Under the pieces are notes generated by a model. That model was not told the origin of the DNA and made no database searches. It saw nothing but the letters and a program-made list of their open reading frames with translations. Shown here piece after piece: positions 1 to 9,558 of a stretch of 64,000 bases of DNA. The translations under genes and the position numbers were made by a program. The DNA is taken from NCBI GenBank assembly GCA_018712385.1, contig DVHC01000055.1:1448-65447 (forward strand), given 5' to 3'. The stretch comes from Candidatus Onthousia excrementipullorum. GTDB lineage: Bacteria; Bacillota_I; Bacilli_A; RF39; UBA660. The first letter of the stretch is position 1, and each line of letters starts with the position of its first letter.

Positions 1-1
1 G

Positions 2-400
2 TTTTCTACTAGTGATGTTTTAAGTGATATTGCACAGTCTTTACTTGATACTATTTATATGACTATTAGTAAGAATATCTTTGTTACAGATAGAGATAAG
101 TTTGTAGCAGGTACTGGTAAGTATAAAAAAGAGTTTTGTGGATGTAATATTTCTACTAAATTAGAAGAGTGTTTATTTGAAACAGAGAGTCTAGTTAAAG
201 GAACTTGTCAGATAGAAGAGATAGTAGATAGTAAAAATTCAGGTGAAGAGTATAAGTATATTATTAGCCCTATACTATCAGATGGTGAGATTATAGGACT
301 TGCTTTAATGCTTAATGAAGATGGTAAGAGTTTTACTGAAGAAGATGAACATATAATACAAATTATTGCTAATTTCTTATCAAAATATCTTGAAGATTAA
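2..400 (+). CDS. spoVT: SpoVT/AbrB-family sporulation regulator, C-terminal GAF-like part (5' end lies off-window)
   Basis: Frame is open from nt 2. The peptide ...IAQSLLDTIYMTISKNIFVTDRDKFVAGTG... resembles B. subtilis SpoVT (YADALYDSLGHSVLICDRDVYIAVSG). It sits just upstream of metG. Confidence 0.55.
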   Translation, partial: FSTSDVLSDIAQSLLDTIYMTISKNIFVTDRDKFVAGTGKYKKEFCGCNISTKLEECLFETESLVKGTCQIEEIVDSKNSGEEYKYIISPILSDGEIIGLALMLNEDGKSFTEEDEHIIQIIANFLSKYLED

Positions 401-424
401 TTTTTCTTGTGTTAGAATAGCGTT

Positions 425-650
425 ATTAAAAGTTGTGATGAAGAGTCTTATAACTTCTAGTTATAGAGAGTTCTTGGTAGGTGGAAAAGAAACGAATGAT
501 TTTATAAGATATGGCTTCTGAACTTTCATATTGATATGTAAGTATGAACGTGCTAAGCGTTAATTAGAATGAGATACAAGATTTATTGTAAAGAAAGGTG
601 GTACCACGGGGTTAACTCGTCCTTTTGATATGATAAATCTTTTTATTTTG
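425..650 (+). promoter_or_regulatory. T-box leader (probable Met specifier) controlling metG
   Basis: Stem-I motifs AGAGAG (465-470) and GGTAGGTGGAA (476-486). Candidate specifier ATG at 511-513 followed by G. T-box core AAAGGTGGTACCACGG at 594-609. It lies directly upstream of a methionyl-tRNA synthetase gene. Confidence 0.7.
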
Positions 651-665
651 AAGGAGGAGATATTA

Positions 666-2201
666 ATGGATAAATATTATATTACAACACCAATTTACTA
701 CCCTAGTGCTAACTTTCATATAGGACATTGTTATACAACAATAGTTGCAGATGCAATCGCTAGATATAAAAGAAGTAAAGGGTATGATGTTTATTTTCAA
801 ACTGGTACTGATGAACATGGTCTAAAAATAGAGACTAAAGCGAAGGAAGCAGGAGTTAGTCCTAAAGAATATGTTGATAAAGTAGTAGAGAATGCTAAAG
901 ATTTATGGAAAGCTTTAGATATTTCTTATGATTATTTTATTAGGACTACTGATGAAAATCATGTTAAAGCAGTTCAAAAAATATTTACTAAGTTATATGA
1001 ACAAGGAGATATTTATAAAGGAACTTATAAAGGGCTTTACTGTGTTCCTTGTGAGTCATTTTGGACTAAGACACAACTTGTAGATGGCAAATGTCCAGAT
1101 TGTGGTAGAGAGGTTAAAGAAGTAGAAGAAGAAGCTTACTTTTTAAAACTTTCTAAATATCAGGATAGATTAGTTAAATATTTAGATGAACATCCTGATT
1201 TTATAGAGCCAGAGTCTCGTAAAAATGAGATGATTAATAACTTTATTAAACCTGGACTTGAAGATTTATGTGTTTCTCGTACTAGTTTTAAGTGGGGCAT
1301 TCCTGTTCCTTTTGATGATAAACATGTTGTTTATGTGTGGTTAGATGCTTTAACTAACTATATTACATCACTTGGATATATGAGTGATGATGATAGTAAA
1401 CTTAAAAAGTATTGGCCTGCTGACTTACATTTAGTAGGTAAAGAGATTATTAGATTCCATACAATAGTGTGGCCAATTATTTTAATGGCTTTAGATTTAC
1501 CACTTCCTAAGAAAGTTTATGGTCATGGTTGGCTTGTTATAAATGGTAGTAAAATATCTAAATCTTTGGGTAATTATAGGGACCCTAGAGAATATATTGA
1601 ATATTTTGGTGTTGATGCAGTTAGATATTTTGTTTTAAGAGAAGTTCCTTTTGGAAGTGATGGTAACTTTTCAGTTGAAGCTTTAATAGATAGAACTAAT
1701 GCTGACCTTGCTAATACTTTAGGTAATTTAGTACAACGAACTATAAGTATGGCTAATAAGTATTTTGATGGAGTTGTTACTAATAAAGAAGTTTATGAAG
1801 ATATAGATGCTTCTCTTATAGAAAAAATAAATAACTTAGATGAAGAGGTTAGTAAAGATATAGATAGTCTTGAGATATCTAATGCTTTAAACAAGATATT
1901 TGAAGTATTAAGAGCTAGTAACAAGTATATAGATGAAACAACTCCATGGGTTCTTGCTAAAGATGAATCTTGTAAAGATAGATTAGAGACTGTTTTATAT
2001 AATTTACTTGAGTCTATTAGAGTATGTGCTATTAATCTTTCTTTTGCTATACCTTCAACTTCTAAAGAAATACTAAGACAAATTAATAATGAAAGAGGGG
2101 AAAATCATTATTTAAAAGATAATAAATACGAAGTAAGAACTCCTAAAGTATTGTTCCAAAGGATAGATAAAGAGAAGTTCTTAAAAGAGCATGATTTGTA
2201 A
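666..2201 (+). CDS. metG: methionine--tRNA ligase (short form without C-terminal tRNA-binding domain)
   Basis: Starts MDKYYITTPIYYPSANFHIGH (HIGH motif), has KISKS (KMSKS motif) and a CxxC...CPDC zinc knuckle. AAGGAGG RBS precedes ATG 666. The track start at 630 is probably too far upstream. Confidence 0.95.
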   Translation: MDKYYITTPIYYPSANFHIGHCYTTIVADAIARYKRSKGYDVYFQTGTDEHGLKIETKAKEAGVSPKEYVDKVVENAKDLWKALDISYDYFIRTTDENHVKAVQKIFTKLYEQGDIYKGTYKGLYCVPCESFWTKTQLVDGKCPDCGREVKEVEEEAYFLKLSKYQDRLVKYLDEHPDFIEPESRKNEMINNFIKPGLEDLCVSRTSFKWGIPVPFDDKHVVYVWLDALTNYITSLGYMSDDDSKLKKYWPADLHLVGKEIIRFHTIVWPIILMALDLPLPKKVYGHGWLVINGSKISKSLGNYRDPREYIEYFGVDAVRYFVLREVPFGSDGNFSVEALIDRTNADLANTLGNLVQRTISMANKYFDGVVTNKEVYEDIDASLIEKINNLDEEVSKDIDSLEISNALNKIFEVLRASNKYIDETTPWVLAKDESCKDRLETVLYNLLESIRVCAINLSFAIPSTSKEILRQINNERGENHYLKDNKYEVRTPKVLFQRIDKEKFLKEHDL

Positions 2202-2326
2202 AATTTTAGTGTAAACTGAAAAATAAATGGGATGATTTTGATAATTATCCTATTTTTTATGTTATAGTTGAAGGGTAGTGGCCGTAGTAACAAGTAGTAT
2301 TTGAAGTCGTAAGAAAGGATAGAGTT

Positions 2327-2506
2327 ATGACTAAAAAACGAAAGTTAGAAATTGAAGCAGTGGCATGTATAATTCTTTATGTAGTATTAGTTGTAATGGT
2401 TATTTTAGGGCATAATATATTAGATATCGGTTATTTAATTGTATTAACTTTTTATTTAATAAGATTGTTTTTATGTCGAAGAAGAAATAATAAATCTTGT
2501 AAATAG
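2327..2506 (+). CDS. small (59 aa) two-TM membrane protein, unknown function
   Basis: ATG preceded by AAAGGA. Translation by eye: MTKKRKLEIEAVACIILYVVLVVMVILGHNILDIGYLIVLTFYLIRLFLCRRRNNKSCK. It falls below the ORF-track length cutoff. Confidence 0.35.
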   Translation: MTKKRKLEIEAVACIILYVVLVVMVILGHNILDIGYLIVLTFYLIRLFLCRRRNNKSCK

Positions 2507-2566
2507 TAAAATACTGTTTAGAAGATTCTTTTTTTGATATAATGTTTTTTAGAAAGCGGTGATTTT

Positions 2567-3322
2567 ATGTTTATAGATACACATTGTCATTTAAGTAAGG
2601 AAGATTATGATGATATAGATAAAGTTATTATGGAAGATAAAGAGGCAGATGTTGATAAAATGGTTGTATCTGGTTGTAGTAGAGAAGCAATAGATGAAGT
2701 AATGAGTTTTAAAGATAAATATGATATGGTTTATGTCACGATAGGATATCATCCAGAATATGCAGATAGTGTAAGAGAAGAAGATTTAGCTTATTTAAAA
2801 AGCTTATTAGGCGAGAAAAAGATAGTTGGGATTGGGGAAATAGGACTTGATTATCACTATACTAAAGATAATAAAGATAAACAGATATGGTTATTTGAAG
2901 AACAATTAAAGATAGCAGAGAATTTTAATTTACCTGTTGTAATACACTCTAGAGATGCGACACAGGATACTATTAATACTTTAAAAAAATATAAGGTAAA
3001 GGGTATAATTCACTGCTTTAGTGGAAGTTTAGAGACTGCTAAAATATATATTTCTATGGACTTTTTATTAGGTATAGGCGGAGTTGTTACTTTTAAAAAC
3101 TCTAAACTTAAAGATGTTGTTAAAGAAATACCAATTAATTCTATTGTACTTGAGACTGATAGCCCTTATCTTACACCTGTACCATATCGAGGGAAAGTTA
3201 ATTCTTCTAAGTACTTAGAGTATATTGCTAAGTTTATCGCTGAGGTTAAAAATATTAGTGTAGAAGAATTAGCAGAAATTACCAGTAAAAATGCCTCTAC
3301 TTTATTTGACTTTAATAGATAA
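2567..3322 (+). CDS. tatD: TatD-family metal-dependent DNase/hydrolase (YabD)
   Basis: N-terminal FIDTHCHL, IGEIGLDY and VIHSRDA motifs. Syntenic with metG as in B. subtilis. Confidence 0.9.
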   Translation: MFIDTHCHLSKEDYDDIDKVIMEDKEADVDKMVVSGCSREAIDEVMSFKDKYDMVYVTIGYHPEYADSVREEDLAYLKSLLGEKKIVGIGEIGLDYHYTKDNKDKQIWLFEEQLKIAENFNLPVVIHSRDATQDTINTLKKYKVKGIIHCFSGSLETAKIYISMDFLLGIGGVVTFKNSKLKDVVKEIPINSIVLETDSPYLTPVPYRGKVNSSKYLEYIAKFIAEVKNISVEELAEITSKNASTLFDFNR

Positions 3323-3362
3323 TAATGCTAGTATTATGTTAATTAGAAAATGAGGTAAAAAG

Positions 3363-3950
3363 ATGGGTAAAAGATTTTTAAGGTACTTTAGTTTTGTAAT
3401 TATTATTTTTGCTTTGGCTTTTGTGGTATTATCTGGTAATAATAAAAAAGTTGTTATGACTTCTAATATTAATAGCGTAAAGAGTTTGCAAGCAGTACAT
3501 ATTGTTAATAAATATAACTCTATTAAAGAAATGGAGAAAGCTAAAGAACCTACTTTATATGATAGTTTTTATGATGCGATTAGTGTGGCTAGTAGTAGTC
3601 CTGTAGCTTTTATGGGTACTCTTACTGCTTATGGACCTGATTGTCCAGGATGTTCTGGTAATAGTGCATGTCCACCTCGTCAAAACTTTAAAAATGGTAA
3701 TATCTATTTTGAAGACCAAGTATATGGAAAAGTTAGAGTGGTTGCAGCGGATAGATCTATTCCATGTGGTAGTATTGTTAGGATAAGTGGTATTAATATA
3801 TATAGTGAACCAATACTTGCTATAGTTATGGATAGAGGAGGAGCGGTTACTGGAAATCATATGGATTTGTTATTTACGAGTCAATCTAATTTAGAAGGCT
3901 TTACAACAAGTCATAATATAAAATTCGAGCTTATTAGGTATGGATGGTAA
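3363..3950 (+). CDS. 3D-domain (MltA/RlpA-like barrel) cell-wall protein, YabE-like
   Basis: N-terminal TM segment. C-terminal VAADRSIPCGSIVRI...AIVMDRGGAVTGNHMDLLF is a typical 3D domain. Confidence 0.7.
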   Translation: MGKRFLRYFSFVIIIFALAFVVLSGNNKKVVMTSNINSVKSLQAVHIVNKYNSIKEMEKAKEPTLYDSFYDAISVASSSPVAFMGTLTAYGPDCPGCSGNSACPPRQNFKNGNIYFEDQVYGKVRVVAADRSIPCGSIVRISGINIYSEPILAIVMDRGGAVTGNHMDLLFTSQSNLEGFTTSHNIKFELIRYGW

Positions 3951-3951
3951 T

Positions 3952-4054
3952 AAAGTGTCTAATCTCTGACACTTTTTTCTTTTTTTAGAAAAGTAATTGC
4001 TATTTCAGTTAGTTTTATGCTATAGTTATATTGTAGAAGGAGGTTAGACAAAAA
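3952..4054 (+). promoter_or_regulatory. terminator plus promoter plus RBS module, copy 1 of 3
   Basis: Hairpin AAAGTGTC/GACACTTT (3952-3975) followed by a T-run. TTGCTA (3997-4002), 18 nt, then TGcTATAGT extended -10 (4021-4026). GAAGGAGG RBS. Nearly identical copy at 4698-4800 and a diverged copy at 5443-5537. Confidence 0.6.
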
Positions 4055-4678
4055 ATGAAAGATAATAATAACAATTCAAAACAAGTGTTATTATCAGTGC
4101 TTGGTGTGGCAATTTTAGTTGTAGCTGTAGTAGGAGTTTCATTCGCTGCATTTACTTATAGTAAAACAGGAGAAAAAGTTAATACTATTACAACTGGTAC
4201 TATTACAATGAGTTATACCGAAGATACAAATGGTATTAATTTAACTAATGCTCTTCCTATGACTGATGCTGTAGGTAAAGCGTTAAATGAAGAAAATCAA
4301 TATTTTGATTTTACTGTTAGTGCAACTATTAGTGGTACTACTACTATTAACTATGCGATTACTGCAACTAAAGAAATGCCTGGTAGTACTATTCCAGATG
4401 CAGGTGTTAAAGTTTATTTAACTGATATGGATGCTTCAGATAAAGCAGTTTCTGGTTATGAAACACCTAAAAAAGTTAGTGAATTAACAACTACAACCGA
4501 TAGTGAAGCATCAGGAGCACCAGAAGGACAGTATATTCTTCATACTGGTACATATAAAGCTACTACTACTAATCATTATCGTTTGAGAATGTGGGTTGCA
4601 GATGATTATGCTGCTCCAGCAACTACTCAAACTTATAAGTTAAGAGTAAATGTATATGGTCAAGCTGCTGCTCAATAA
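4055..4678 (+). CDS. SipW-dependent-type signal peptide protein, TasA/BsaA-like secreted fibre/matrix subunit, paralogue 1
   Basis: N-terminal ...VAVVGVSFAAFTYSKTGEKVNTITTGT resembles SipW-type signal peptides. Shared motifs NQYFDFTV, VKVYLTD, YRLRMWVADDY, YKLRVNVYG. Encoded next to a SipW peptidase gene. Confidence 0.65.
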   Translation: MKDNNNNSKQVLLSVLGVAILVVAVVGVSFAAFTYSKTGEKVNTITTGTITMSYTEDTNGINLTNALPMTDAVGKALNEENQYFDFTVSATISGTTTINYAITATKEMPGSTIPDAGVKVYLTDMDASDKAVSGYETPKKVSELTTTTDSEASGAPEGQYILHTGTYKATTTNHYRLRMWVADDYAAPATTQTYKLRVNVYGQAAAQ

Positions 4679-4697
4679 TAAGTGGTGATGTATTTAT

Positions 4698-4800
4698 AAA
4701 AGTGTCTAATCTCTGACACTTTTTTCTTTTTTTAGAAAAGTAATTGCTATTTCAGTTAGTTTTATGCTATAGTTATATTGTAGAAGGAGGTTAGACAAAA
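4698..4800 (+). promoter_or_regulatory. terminator plus promoter plus RBS module, copy 2
   Basis: Same sequence as 3952-4054 with a one-A length difference before the ATG. TTGCTA at 4744-4749 and TATAGT at 4768-4773. Confidence 0.6.
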
Positions 4801-5424
4801 ATGAAAGATAATAATAACAATTCAAAACAAGTGTTATTATCAGTGCTTGGTGTAGCAATATTAGTTGTAGCTGTTGTAGGAGTTTCATTTGCAGCATTTA
4901 GTTATAGCAAAACAGGAGAAAAAGTTAATACAATCACAACAGGTACTATTTCTATGAATTATACTGAAGGTGAAAATGCTATTAACTTAACAAATGCTCT
5001 TCCAATGACTGATGATGTTGGTAAAGCATTATCTGATGAAAATCAATATTTTGATTTTACAGTAACTGCTAATATTACTGGTACAACTACAATTAATTAT
5101 GCAATAACTGCTACAAAAGTAGATCCAGATAGTACTATTCCAGAAGCTGGTGTTAAAGTATATTTAACTGATATGGATGCAGATGGCGATACTCCTATTT
5201 CTGGATATGAAACACCAAAGAAGGTTAGTGAATTAACAAAAACTTCAAGTGATGTTTCAGGTGCTCCAGATGGTGATTATAAGCTTACAAGTGGAACATT
5301 TAATGCAACAACTACACACAAGTATCGCTTAAGAATGTGGGTAGCAGATGATTATCAAGTTACTGGTACTTCACAAGCATTTAAATTAAAAGTAAATGTT
5401 TATGGTACTGCTGCTGCTCAATAG
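4801..5424 (+). CDS. SipW-type signal peptide TasA/BsaA-like secreted protein, paralogue 2
   Basis: The first ~33 aa are identical to paralogue 1. Conserved YRLRMWVADDY and KVNVYG tail, with a divergent centre. Confidence 0.65.
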   Translation: MKDNNNNSKQVLLSVLGVAILVVAVVGVSFAAFSYSKTGEKVNTITTGTISMNYTEGENAINLTNALPMTDDVGKALSDENQYFDFTVTANITGTTTINYAITATKVDPDSTIPEAGVKVYLTDMDADGDTPISGYETPKKVSELTKTSSDVSGAPDGDYKLTSGTFNATTTHKYRLRMWVADDYQVTGTSQAFKLKVNVYGTAAAQ

Positions 5425-5442
5425 TAAAAGCATAGTTATATA

Positions 5443-5537
5443 AAAGTGTCTAATCTCTGACACTTTTTCTTTTTTGAAAATGATTGCTATTTTATTCAGT
5501 TTTGTGCTATATTTGTATTATAGAAGGAGGTTAGACA
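5443..5537 (+). promoter_or_regulatory. terminator plus promoter plus RBS module, copy 3 (diverged)
   Basis: AAAGTGTC...GACACTTTTT hairpin, then TTGCTA, 18 nt, TATATT, then GAAGGAGG. Confidence 0.5.
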
Positions 5538-6170
5538 ATGGAAGAAAATTATAATACTACTGCAAATAATAATTCAAAACAAGTATTATTGTCAGTACTT
5601 GGTGTGGCAATTTTAGTTGTAGCAGTAGTAGGAGTTTCATTTGCGGCTTTTAATTATAGTAAAACTGGAGAGAAAGTAAATACAATTACTACAGGTACTA
5701 TTACAATGAGTTATAGTGAAAATACAAATGGTATTAACTTAGTAGATGCTTTACCAATGTCTGATGAACAAGGTATGGCTTTATCTGGTGATAATAATAC
5801 TTTTGATTTCACAGTATCTGCTACTATCAATGGTTCTGGTACTACTACAATAAACTATGATATCACTGCTACTAAAGAAAGTAGTACTCTTGAAGATAGT
5901 GCTGTTAAAGTGTATTTAACAGATATCACTTCTAATGGTGATACTCAAGTATTAGCGCCAACTAAAGTTTCTCTTTTATCACAGACTGGTTCTTCTGAAG
6001 CAAGTGGGGCACCTAGTGGTCAATATAAACTTGCAAGTGGAACTTTTACAAGTAGTAAAACTCTTAAATATCGTTTAAGAATGTGGGTTGCTGATGATTT
6101 TTCAGATTTAGGTGCTTCTGGAACATATAAATTAAGAGTAAATGTATATGGTGCAGCTGCTGCTCAATAA
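5538..6170 (+). CDS. SipW-type signal peptide TasA/BsaA-like secreted protein, paralogue 3
   Basis: Same architecture and motifs as paralogues 1 and 2. Confidence 0.65.
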   Translation: MEENYNTTANNNSKQVLLSVLGVAILVVAVVGVSFAAFNYSKTGEKVNTITTGTITMSYSENTNGINLVDALPMSDEQGMALSGDNNTFDFTVSATINGSGTTTINYDITATKESSTLEDSAVKVYLTDITSNGDTQVLAPTKVSLLSQTGSSEASGAPSGQYKLASGTFTSSKTLKYRLRMWVADDFSDLGASGTYKLRVNVYGAAAAQ

Positions 6171-6245
6171 AAGTGTTAAATACACTTTTTTTCTTTCTTG
6201 CTAAAGTTTATGAGATATGTTATATTTTTAATGTAGGAGGCTACT

Positions 6246-6854
6246 ATGAAAAAAGAAAATAATAATTCAAAATCAACTGCTTTGATTATATTATGTGTCA
6301 TTATTTTAATTTTAGCTGTTATTGGTGTAAGTTATGCGGCTATATTTTATTCAAAAATGGGTGAAAAGGTTAATCGTGTTACAACAGGTACTATGACAAT
6401 GAGTTATAGTGAGAATACTAATGGTATTAATATTACTAATGTTAATCCTATGTCTGATGATGTTGGTAGAAGTTTGAATGATGAAAATCAATATTTTGAC
6501 TTTACAGTTAGTGCTTCTATGAGTGGCAATGTCATAATTAATTATACTATTACTGCTATTAAAGAAGCGGATAGTACTTTACCTAATAATGCCGTAAAGG
6601 TATATTTAACTAGTTTAAATAATGGTAGAGAAACTCAAGTGTTGGCACCAACAAAAATATCTGATTTACAAGTTGCGTCAAGTAGTAATATAGGAGTTCC
6701 AGATGGACAATTTATTCTTTTTAATAGTAATTTTAATAAAACAGAATCTAGAGGTTATAGATTAAGAATGTGGGTAGCTAGTGATTATGTTTTACCTAAT
6801 GTTAGTCAAACTTACAAATTACGTGTAAATGTTTATGGTAATACAGAAGTTTAA
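6246..6854 (+). CDS. SipW-type signal peptide TasA/BsaA-like secreted protein, paralogue 4
   Basis: IGVSYAAIFYSKMGEKVNRVTTGT signal region, NQYFDFTV, YRLRMWVASDY, YKLRVNVYG. Its own hairpin terminator follows at about 6862-6890. Confidence 0.6.
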   Translation: MKKENNNSKSTALIILCVIILILAVIGVSYAAIFYSKMGEKVNRVTTGTMTMSYSENTNGINITNVNPMSDDVGRSLNDENQYFDFTVSASMSGNVIINYTITAIKEADSTLPNNAVKVYLTSLNNGRETQVLAPTKISDLQVASSSNIGVPDGQFILFNSNFNKTESRGYRLRMWVASDYVLPNVSQTYKLRVNVYGNTEV

Positions 6855-6943
6855 TGTCTTGTAGTACAGTTTATCTGTACTTTTTTCTTTACCTAAAAAA
6901 AATAGTGTGATACAATTATCTTAAGATATAAGGGAGTGTTATT

Positions 6944-7576
6944 ATGGCTAATCAAAATTATAATGATGAAATGATTAAAAAAGACTCAAATAACAAAATA
7001 TTTATTATTATTGTTTGCTTATTTATTTTTATTATTATGGTAATTGGTGTTTCTATGGCTACTTTTACTTATACTAAAGAAAATAAAAGTATTAATACAA
7101 TAAGTACAGGAAATGTTTATTTAAACTATACAGAGGATACTAATGGTATCAATATTACTAATGCCTATCCTATGTCTGATGAAGTTGGTAAAACTTTAAC
7201 TAATGAAGAGCAATTTTTTGATTTTACTGTAGAAGCGAAAATTAGTGGAGATGTAGTTGCTAATTATGAAGTTTCAGCTGAAAAAGAAGCTTCTTCTACT
7301 TTGAATAATGATGAAGTTAAATTGTATTTAGAAAAGAAGGTAAATAATTCTTATCAAGAAGTAATGGCTCCTAAAAATTTTACTCCTCTTAAGGAAAGTA
7401 CTGATTTAGGTACTATGGCTGGTGCTATGTTACTTGATACTGGTACTCTTTCTAAGAGTTCTACTGTTAGTTATAGATTAAGAATGTGGGTTGCCGATAC
7501 AACAGTTTTAGATAATTTAGAGAAAAGTTTTGGAGTTAGAGTATCTATAAAAGCAAAAGTTGATTTGTCAGAATAA
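6944..7576 (+). CDS. SipW-type signal peptide TasA/BsaA-like secreted protein, paralogue 5 (most divergent)
   Basis: GVSMATFTYTKENKSINTISTGN, EQFFDFTV, YRLRMWVAD. Confidence 0.6.
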   Translation: MANQNYNDEMIKKDSNNKIFIIIVCLFIFIIMVIGVSMATFTYTKENKSINTISTGNVYLNYTEDTNGINITNAYPMSDEVGKTLTNEEQFFDFTVEAKISGDVVANYEVSAEKEASSTLNNDEVKLYLEKKVNNSYQEVMAPKNFTPLKESTDLGTMAGAMLLDTGTLSKSSTVSYRLRMWVADTTVLDNLEKSFGVRVSIKAKVDLSE

Positions 7577-7651
7577 TTCTCTTTTTTGACTTTTTCTTTT
7601 TTTTAAGTTGTGTTAATATATACTTTAGAATAATAAGTGGGTGATAACTCG

Positions 7652-8320
7652 ATGAAAAAATTTGATAAAGAATGGTTAATAAAGCTTAGAAAAATATTAC
7701 ATTTTATCACTACAGTTTTAATGTATTCTGTATGCTTGATAATGATAATTGTTTTCTTGGTATTTGTTGTTAACTTTATTGATAAACAGTATAATTTGAA
7801 ATCAGGAAAAAACAAAAAAGATTTATTTTCTGCATATACGATAGTTAGTCCTTCAATGGTTCCTTCAATTAATGTATTGGATGTTGTTGTTACGATGAGA
7901 GTAAATAGTCCTGAAGATTTAAAAAAAGGGAATATTATTACATTTAATTCTACTGATTATAGATATTCAGGAGTCTTAGTTACTCATAGAATTGTAGATA
8001 TAGAAAAAACAACTAGTGGTGAATATTTGTATACAACTAAAGGTGATAATAATAATACCCAAGATTCTTCAAGAATAGGTTTTGATGAGATATATGGTAG
8101 AGTATTATTTAGAATTCCTAAAATAGGATATATTCAATATTATTTAAGCTCAATTCTCGGATGGGTTGCGATTATTATTGTTCCTGCTATTATGATTATT
8201 GGTTACGATATTTATAAATTAGTTAAAACCTTAAGAAATGGTGATGATAAAGTTAAGAAAGATGTTATTAAAAAAGAAGCTAATAAGAAAAAGAAAAAAG
8301 AAGGAAGGTTTAAAAAATGA
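7652..8320 (+). CDS. sipW: signal peptidase I, archaeal/ER type (SipW-like)
   Basis: Catalytic-region motifs IVSPSMVPS, VTHRIV and TKGDNN. C-terminal TM segment plus Lys-rich tail. ATG 7652 (MKKFDKEW) is preferred over GTG 7637. Confidence 0.8.
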   Translation: MKKFDKEWLIKLRKILHFITTVLMYSVCLIMIIVFLVFVVNFIDKQYNLKSGKNKKDLFSAYTIVSPSMVPSINVLDVVVTMRVNSPEDLKKGNIITFNSTDYRYSGVLVTHRIVDIEKTTSGEYLYTTKGDNNNTQDSSRIGFDEIYGRVLFRIPKIGYIQYYLSSILGWVAIIIVPAIMIIGYDIYKLVKTLRNGDDKVKKDVIKKEANKKKKKEGRFKK

Positions 8321-8865
8321 AAAAGATAGTTTTATTACTTTTGGCAGGAGTCGCTTTGTTTGCTTTTATTTTTACAACATCAGTATTATGGTATAGATTC
8401 TTTTATAATGATACTGCTACTGGTACTGGTGATGCTGTTAGTTCTATTAAAGTTCAATTGGGAAATAATAATGTAATAGATGAAGGGGGATTAATTCCTT
8501 TAGATGATGAGACTGCTAAAACTATTACTCCTTATGAATTTAAGGTTGAAAATAATAGTGATAGTGATGCAGTTTATAATGTTTTATTAGAAGATAGTAT
8601 TATTAGTGATGATGCAAATTATAGTAGTAAGGAATTACTTTCAAGAGACCAGTTAAGATATCAGTTATCATTAAATGGTAATATTATTAAAACTGGAGAT
8701 TTGAATGATATTAAAAATAATATTTTAGATACAAGGAATATAGCTGCTTCTCAAGTAAATAACTACCAATTGCGTATTTATGTAGCTGAGTCTGCTCAAA
8801 ATACTTCTTGGCAAAATAAGTACTATCATTTTGATATTAATGTACAAATGGAGGAGGAAAAATAA
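8317..8865 (+). CDS. secreted/membrane-anchored accessory protein sharing the fibre-subunit fold
   Basis: Signal/TM N-terminus. LIPLDDETAKTITPYEFKVENNS...YQLRIYVAES...FDINVQ parallels the paralogues and the N-terminal domain of the DGR target. Its start overlaps the sipW stop. Confidence 0.5.
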   Translation: MKKIVLLLLAGVALFAFIFTTSVLWYRFFYNDTATGTGDAVSSIKVQLGNNNVIDEGGLIPLDDETAKTITPYEFKVENNSDSDAVYNVLLEDSIISDDANYSSKELLSRDQLRYQLSLNGNIIKTGDLNDIKNNILDTRNIAASQVNNYQLRIYVAESAQNTSWQNKYYHFDINVQMEEEK

Positions 8866-9555
8866 ATGAAAAAAGTTCTTTTAGAGTATGCTAATGTTTT
8901 TGCTTATACAATTACAGGTTTGATTTTTGGTCTTGCTTTCTTTTTACTTTTTATTAATTTCTATCATATGCAAGAGTTAGCAGAAACTGTGGATGTTAGT
9001 GCTTATAATGATACTAATAAAGCTAGTGTAGAAGAGAAGATTGAAACTATAAGAAATAATATTAATGTTTATAATCAATCTACTTATAATGGTTCTTTAA
9101 ATATATATGGTCTTAATACAGTACAATTAAAATTACAAGATTGTCTTGAAATAATTGAAAGTGAAGATATGATGAAATATTTTGAACTTGATGAGATAGG
9201 CATTAATGATAGTTATAACTTTACTGTTGATTTTAAAAATAAGATTTTGAATGATTGTTTGGTTATGCAGGTAAAATCATTATTTAATACTGATACAGTT
9301 GCTACGTTGCCTAATTTTGATACTATAAAGCCTTATGTAGAATTAGATTTAGAAGCTTTACTTGATTCAACTAATTATGTTCAAAGTAATATAGAAAATT
9401 CTGATCACTATTATTTTAGTACTGAAACTAATAAAGCAAATTTCTTTAATTTGGTAGATGATAGTTATTCAGATATTATGAATAGTTATCAAAATTCTCT
9501 TGATTTACTTGTTGAAGTATCTAATTGGTATAGAGATATAGTGATAGGAGGTTAG
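8866..9555 (+). CDS. membrane-anchored hypothetical protein of the SipW locus
   Basis: One N-terminal TM segment. Tightly packed with its neighbours. No motif recognised. Confidence 0.4.
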   Translation: MKKVLLEYANVFAYTITGLIFGLAFFLLFINFYHMQELAETVDVSAYNDTNKASVEEKIETIRNNINVYNQSTYNGSLNIYGLNTVQLKLQDCLEIIESEDMMKYFELDEIGINDSYNFTVDFKNKILNDCLVMQVKSLFNTDTVATLPNFDTIKPYVELDLEALLDSTNYVQSNIENSDHYYFSTETNKANFFNLVDDSYSDIMNSYQNSLDLLVEVSNWYRDIVIGG

Positions 9556-9558
9556 ATA

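Noticed and set aside
630-665. Upstream extensions of track ORFs: metG 630, sipW 7637, rsmA 10076, yabG 10927, yabP 12318, divIC 13035, mscL 16721, transporter 21665, clpC 23142, lgt 40564, GNAT 41339, ATPase 44798, DUF3006 46876, clpP 47720, rpsL 58711, tuf 61800.
   Set aside because: Internal ATG codons with properly spaced GGAGG-type RBSs give canonical N-termini (for example MPTVNQL for S12 and MAKQKF for EF-Tu). The extensions run through leaders, repeats or upstream genes.
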